The notes under the pieces: model-generated | Told to the model about the DNA's origin: nothing | What the model saw: only the letters and a program-made list of their open reading frames with translations | Database searches by the model: none | Made by a program: the position numbers and the translations under genes | Origin: a virus | Lineage: Duplodnaviria > Caudoviricetes | Virus record (IMG/VR): IMGVR_UViG_3300031999_000139 | Span: 1 to 31,063 of that record | Strand: one strand, 5' to 3' | Length of the DNA stretch: 31,063 bases | Shown: positions 27,936-31,063 of the stretch, in pieces | Numbering within the stretch: position 1 is the stretch's first letter | Layout of the letters: each line of letters opens with the position of its first letter

Positions 27936-28913
27936 TCAAATACTCCGGAGCTGCAAAAGCCCTTTTTTGAACAGCATCGAACCACCTTGAGCGCACGCCT
28001 TGTTGAGCGCTTGGGCTACCAACGGTTGGCCGTAAGTCTTCACCACATCGGACAACTTGTCTAGTGACAGACCCTCTGGCCCTGCATTGCCCAAACGATG
28101 CGTCACTACCCGGATAACCCTGGCTAGACGCTCCTCAGGATCACCCTGCTCAAACTTATCGACGATAGCGCCTGGTTTTTCCGATTTACTCACTGTGTTT
28201 ATTTTTCCAGTAGGCGATACCCATTGTTCTGCAAAATGCTTTTGACGGGCTTGCTCTTCCGAAGATTCCGGAGATACGCCCTGTTGACTTTCGTAAATGG
28301 GTTTACCACCCATTGCATGCCCCACTACCTTGCCACCCCTACTTCCCTCACCTTCACCCTTGCGCAATTCATCCACGGTAACTACCTGCACCATGCTCTT
28401 GCGCATGTCTCTGTAATAGCTCAGCGCACGAGAGAACAACGCACGCCGTAACTCTGGGGCCATACGGTCTGACAGCATCTTAGTTACCAGTTCATGCCTG
28501 ACCGTCAATTCGTTACGTGCGCTAAGCGCTTTGCCCAACAACCCTACCCATTCATTTTGCTTTGCACGATCCAAGCCCAGACCGTCAACTACGGATGCGG
28601 GACTCATGTACCTACCCGTGGGTTCGAACATCTGCGCCAACGTGGGCTCGCTCGGCATTTGTTTGGTCTGGCGTAACAGGTCAATGTTTTCTCGCGACGG
28701 TACCTGACCCGGCCATTTCGTGAGTATGAATTGCGGGCTCAGCGCACAGGTAGTGCTCTTGCTCATTTTTTCTGGCGCACTATCGCCGCTCATTTTTTGG
28801 TAGATGCCCATGATGTACGCCCAGTCCTTAGCTCGACCTTGCTTAGCTGCCAGCGCTTTCGCTTTATTCCAATGCCCCTCATCTTTCGCGTTTTTAACTA
28901 CCCCGACTGGCAT
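27936..28913 (-). CDS. Hypothetical modular head-associated protein
   Basis: 325 aa with AGGAG RBS; small helical N-terminal module (WNKAKALAAKQG..WAYIMGIYQKM); several hydrophobic-x-K-[S/A/G] motifs; GEGSRGGKVVGH..GGKPIY segment. Confidence 0.75.
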   Translation of the reverse strand: MPVGVVKNAKDEGHWNKAKALAAKQGRAKDWAYIMGIYQKMSGDSAPEKMSKSTTCALSPQFILTKWPGQVPSRENIDLLRQTKQMPSEPTLAQMFEPTGRYMSPASVVDGLGLDRAKQNEWVGLLGKALSARNELTVRHELVTKMLSDRMAPELRRALFSRALSYYRDMRKSMVQVVTVDELRKGEGEGSRGGKVVGHAMGGKPIYESQQGVSPESSEEQARQKHFAEQWVSPTGKINTVSKSEKPGAIVDKFEQGDPEERLARVIRVVTHRLGNAGPEGLSLDKLSDVVKTYGQPLVAQALNKACAQGGSMLFKKGLLQLRSI

Positions 28914-28934
28914 GTGCTATCTCCTATTCAAACA

Positions 28935-28989
28935 GGATGCGACGGTTACTAGGGAGGAGAGCGACCCCCGACCGTTCACCGTCGCATCC
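28935..28989 (-). promoter_or_regulatory. Intergenic stem-loop between terminase and the next gene
   Basis: Perfect 12-bp inverted repeat ggatgcgacggt (28935-28946) / accgtcgcatcc (28978-28989); followed on the minus strand by TGTTT and then the AGGAG RBS. Confidence 0.65.
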
Positions 28990-28992
28990 AAC

Positions 28993-29232
28993 CTACCAGT
29001 AATTTCGGATTTTGGAAGCGCTAGGAGCGCCCCCAAGCAACCGTCTGTTCATTTCTTGTTCATCCATATTCGCATCGTCTACCAAGTTGCCCTCGATTAT
29101 CGACGAATCCCCTAACTCTGGTTCTCCCATTATCTCTGTATCCACCAAATCGCCTTTTGCTTTTGGTGGTTCAGGTACTATCCCCAAAGCCTCATTGATC
29201 CGTTGCTCGATAGTTGTTTCTGGCGCTTCAGG
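28993..29232 (-). other. Open -1 frame, probably the displaced C-terminal tail of the terminase
   Basis: The frame is open from 29253 to the stop at 28993 and reads PEAPETTIEQRINEALGIVPEPP...GGAPSASKIRNYW; it has only a TTG or late ATG start of its own. Confidence 0.55.
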
Positions 29233-30857
29233 GGTTGAGTGTCTGTCGCATTCTCATCTTGTAGCATCTTATCCAAACTACCTGAAGGGGCAAGGTCATC
29301 GCCAAAGTCGAAACTAAAGCCCCCGGCTCGGATAGCTTGATCACAAATCCAAGCCGATAAAACCATGTCATCATGGGTGCCCACTGATTTCAACGTACCC
29401 TCAGCCCACGTAATGGATCTCATTTCTTCGATCCATAGGTTGGTCATCTCAATACTTCGCTTGTCACCACGAGGTATTCGAAACTTCCCGTTCTCCAACA
29501 ACACGCGAAGACTAGGGACACCCTTATCCAACGTGTTCTTTTGTGCGCCGGTCACGAATTGCTTGATGGGCAAGTCTGTTGTGCGGATCAACTCATCCCC
29601 GAAAATCCGTTGCATCTGATTCGCTTCTAGGAAGATCAACGCCGGATCGTACTTGTGCCCTGTTTCGTTGATCATGCTTAGCTGTGTCTGGTAGGGCAGT
29701 CCTTTGCCACGCTGTATGTCTATGATCCAACGATTGCCCCAGCGGTCCACGCCCATAGTCCAAATCACCGTGTAATCAGCCGCGGCCGAACTCGACATAG
29801 CGAAGTCCACACCCATGAAAATCGTGACGCCCAAACGGTCATAGATTTCCTTGGGCATACCCAGCGTAAGCGTAAATACTTCGGTAGGAGCGCCCCTAAA
29901 TAGGAATGCGGGAAAGAGGCTCATATCATCGGAAACGGGTTCCGCGAGAAATTCACGAGTAAAGCGAACGGTACCAATCTCGCGCTGTTTGGCTAACAAG
30001 CGCTCTTTGTCATAACGCGCTGGCCATAAAGGTTGCTCGTCTTTCCCTTGCAATGCGGGGTATTTTCTGAAAATATATTCCTCGTTAGTTGCCAAATCCC
30101 CATATAAATCAAGACAGTGGAACGGCGTTCCTACTACGATAATTTGACCACCCGGCACGCACATATTGGAAACAGCCGTATAGAAATAGTCGATCTGCTT
30201 TTTTCTCACCTGTTCGCTGTAAGCGGTCTCGTCATTCAGGGCGTCATCCACAATTATCCATCGAGGATGAGCGCCACGCACGCGAGTACCAAACCCACGG
30301 GCATAGATACGGTGCCCATTATTGAGGTGGATTGCCGTGCTAGACCATTTCTTGCCCTTACCCCCCATACTGGTATCGGGAACGAGATATTGTAACCGCG
30401 GATTCGTTTCCAGCTCTTGTTTGATGTCTCCTAGAATACGGGCCGCTTGATCTTGAGTAGCAGAGAAAATGAAGCCACTACCATGTGGTTGCTTAACAGC
30501 ACTCCAAATAGGATAAGCGAAGTCGAAGAAAAAACTTTTTCCGTGATCCCTTGGGGCTAATACACAAATACGCTTATGCTTTCGTAGTAGCTCGCTCCAT
30601 TCCAAATGATGAGCCCCCAATAGAAAGTGCCCATTGTAAGGCATCTCCGGAGGTCCACTTAGGATCTCACGAGCAAACAACGCACAGTCCTGAGAGATTG
30701 TCTGTAACAGGTACTCATCCCACTGAGAATCGCCTTGCGCGACCGTAACCCGTACGTCCTCACGCAATTCCTCATCAGTGACTTTGAATTCGTTGTTGTA
30801 GAACCTGGCGCCCAATCCACGGGGCTCGATACTCGGCACCTTAGCAGTCGCTTGCAT
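29178..30857 (-). CDS. terL: Terminase large subunit
   Basis: Walker A APRDHGKS, Walker B IIVDD, coupling motif VVGTP, and RNase H-like nuclease motifs GVDFA and HDDMVLS. Start tentatively placed at ATG 30857 rather than TTG 30923. Confidence 0.95.
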   Translation of the reverse strand: MQATAKVPSIEPRGLGARFYNNEFKVTDEELREDVRVTVAQGDSQWDEYLLQTISQDCALFAREILSGPPEMPYNGHFLLGAHHLEWSELLRKHKRICVLAPRDHGKSFFFDFAYPIWSAVKQPHGSGFIFSATQDQAARILGDIKQELETNPRLQYLVPDTSMGGKGKKWSSTAIHLNNGHRIYARGFGTRVRGAHPRWIIVDDALNDETAYSEQVRKKQIDYFYTAVSNMCVPGGQIIVVGTPFHCLDLYGDLATNEEYIFRKYPALQGKDEQPLWPARYDKERLLAKQREIGTVRFTREFLAEPVSDDMSLFPAFLFRGAPTEVFTLTLGMPKEIYDRLGVTIFMGVDFAMSSSAAADYTVIWTMGVDRWGNRWIIDIQRGKGLPYQTQLSMINETGHKYDPALIFLEANQMQRIFGDELIRTTDLPIKQFVTGAQKNTLDKGVPSLRVLLENGKFRIPRGDKRSIEMTNLWIEEMRSITWAEGTLKSVGTHDDMVLSAWICDQAIRAGGFSFDFGDDLAPSGSLDKMLQDENATDTQPLKRQKQLSSNGSMRLWG

Positions 30858-31063
30858 AGGAGGTACCCTGCCACGATCTGACAGTATTATCCAGAGACAA
30901 GTTAGGAATGAAACTGTTCCCAACCCGCTTGATAGTCAATGTGGGTTGGCGTCATGCCGCTGCGCTTGAACGGAGGGGGCCTACCAGCTCGCCTAACAGG
31001 TAACGGCGTAGTCTGTTGACCGCAATGACAAGTACGTTTCCCCGATGGGTAAGTATGGACTAC

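Noticed and set aside
27934-27996. 61-bp overlap between the 325-aa and 1436-aa ORFs
   Set aside because: The overlap disappears if ATG 27933, which has an RBS, is used.
1781-29180. Stop-codon reassignment
   Set aside because: TAG, TAA and TGA all end well-defined genes and long ORFs are intact under the standard code.
13044-29316. SFDFG shared by the terminase tail and the 2117-aa protein
   Set aside because: Only two copies of a 5-aa word in acidic linkers; not distinguishable from chance.
15315-30857. Inteins or introns in terminase, portal or MuF genes
   Set aside because: No intein splice-junction motifs or homing endonuclease signatures were seen, and the core domains have normal lengths.
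12-30874. Numerous short plus-strand and alternative-frame ORFs in the track
   Set aside because: They are shadows of long, motif-bearing minus-strand genes (or of the ibr genes) and have no recognisable motifs.
30952-31063. 3' end of an upstream gene such as small terminase
   Set aside because: The minus frame ending at TGA 30952 has a TAG near the window edge, and there is too little sequence to call.

Overview
The window is the DNA-packaging and head-morphogenesis region of a large tailed bacteriophage, almost all on the minus strand. In reading direction it encodes terminase large subunit, a 325-aa protein, a ~1415-aa protein, portal, a small protein, a 1458-aa protein, a MuF-like head protein fused to a pyrophosphatase-like domain, a 2117-aa polyvalent protein, a small Zn-ribbon protein, prohead protease, scaffold, major capsid protein and several small virion genes. 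The head module resembles that of Twort/A511/SPO1-like phages. An oppositely oriented, AT-richer ibrB-ibrA-like cassette (ParB/Srx plus PAPS-reductase-like) sits between the Zn-ribbon gene and the protease. The main finding is a repeated modular grammar in the large proteins. Effector domains (ADP-ribosyltransferase, LPD1 zincin, two kinase-like folds, tandem GGDEF-like domains, DarA_C, pyrophosphatase, DUF5661) are bounded by hydrophobic-x-K-[S/A/G] motifs that also saturate the scaffold and mark the capsid N-terminus. Most large predicted fragments begin with one of two shared tags (GP[YF]xGPRGGxWAD..H...WE or HKY..R....Y.Y), and the short spacers carry other repeated motifs (R[FY]VIP, G[LI]x[AE]LGxYLxK[AS]). 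I infer a protease-processed, virion-packaged effector polyprotein system. All family assignments come from motif recognition by eye; no database search was run.
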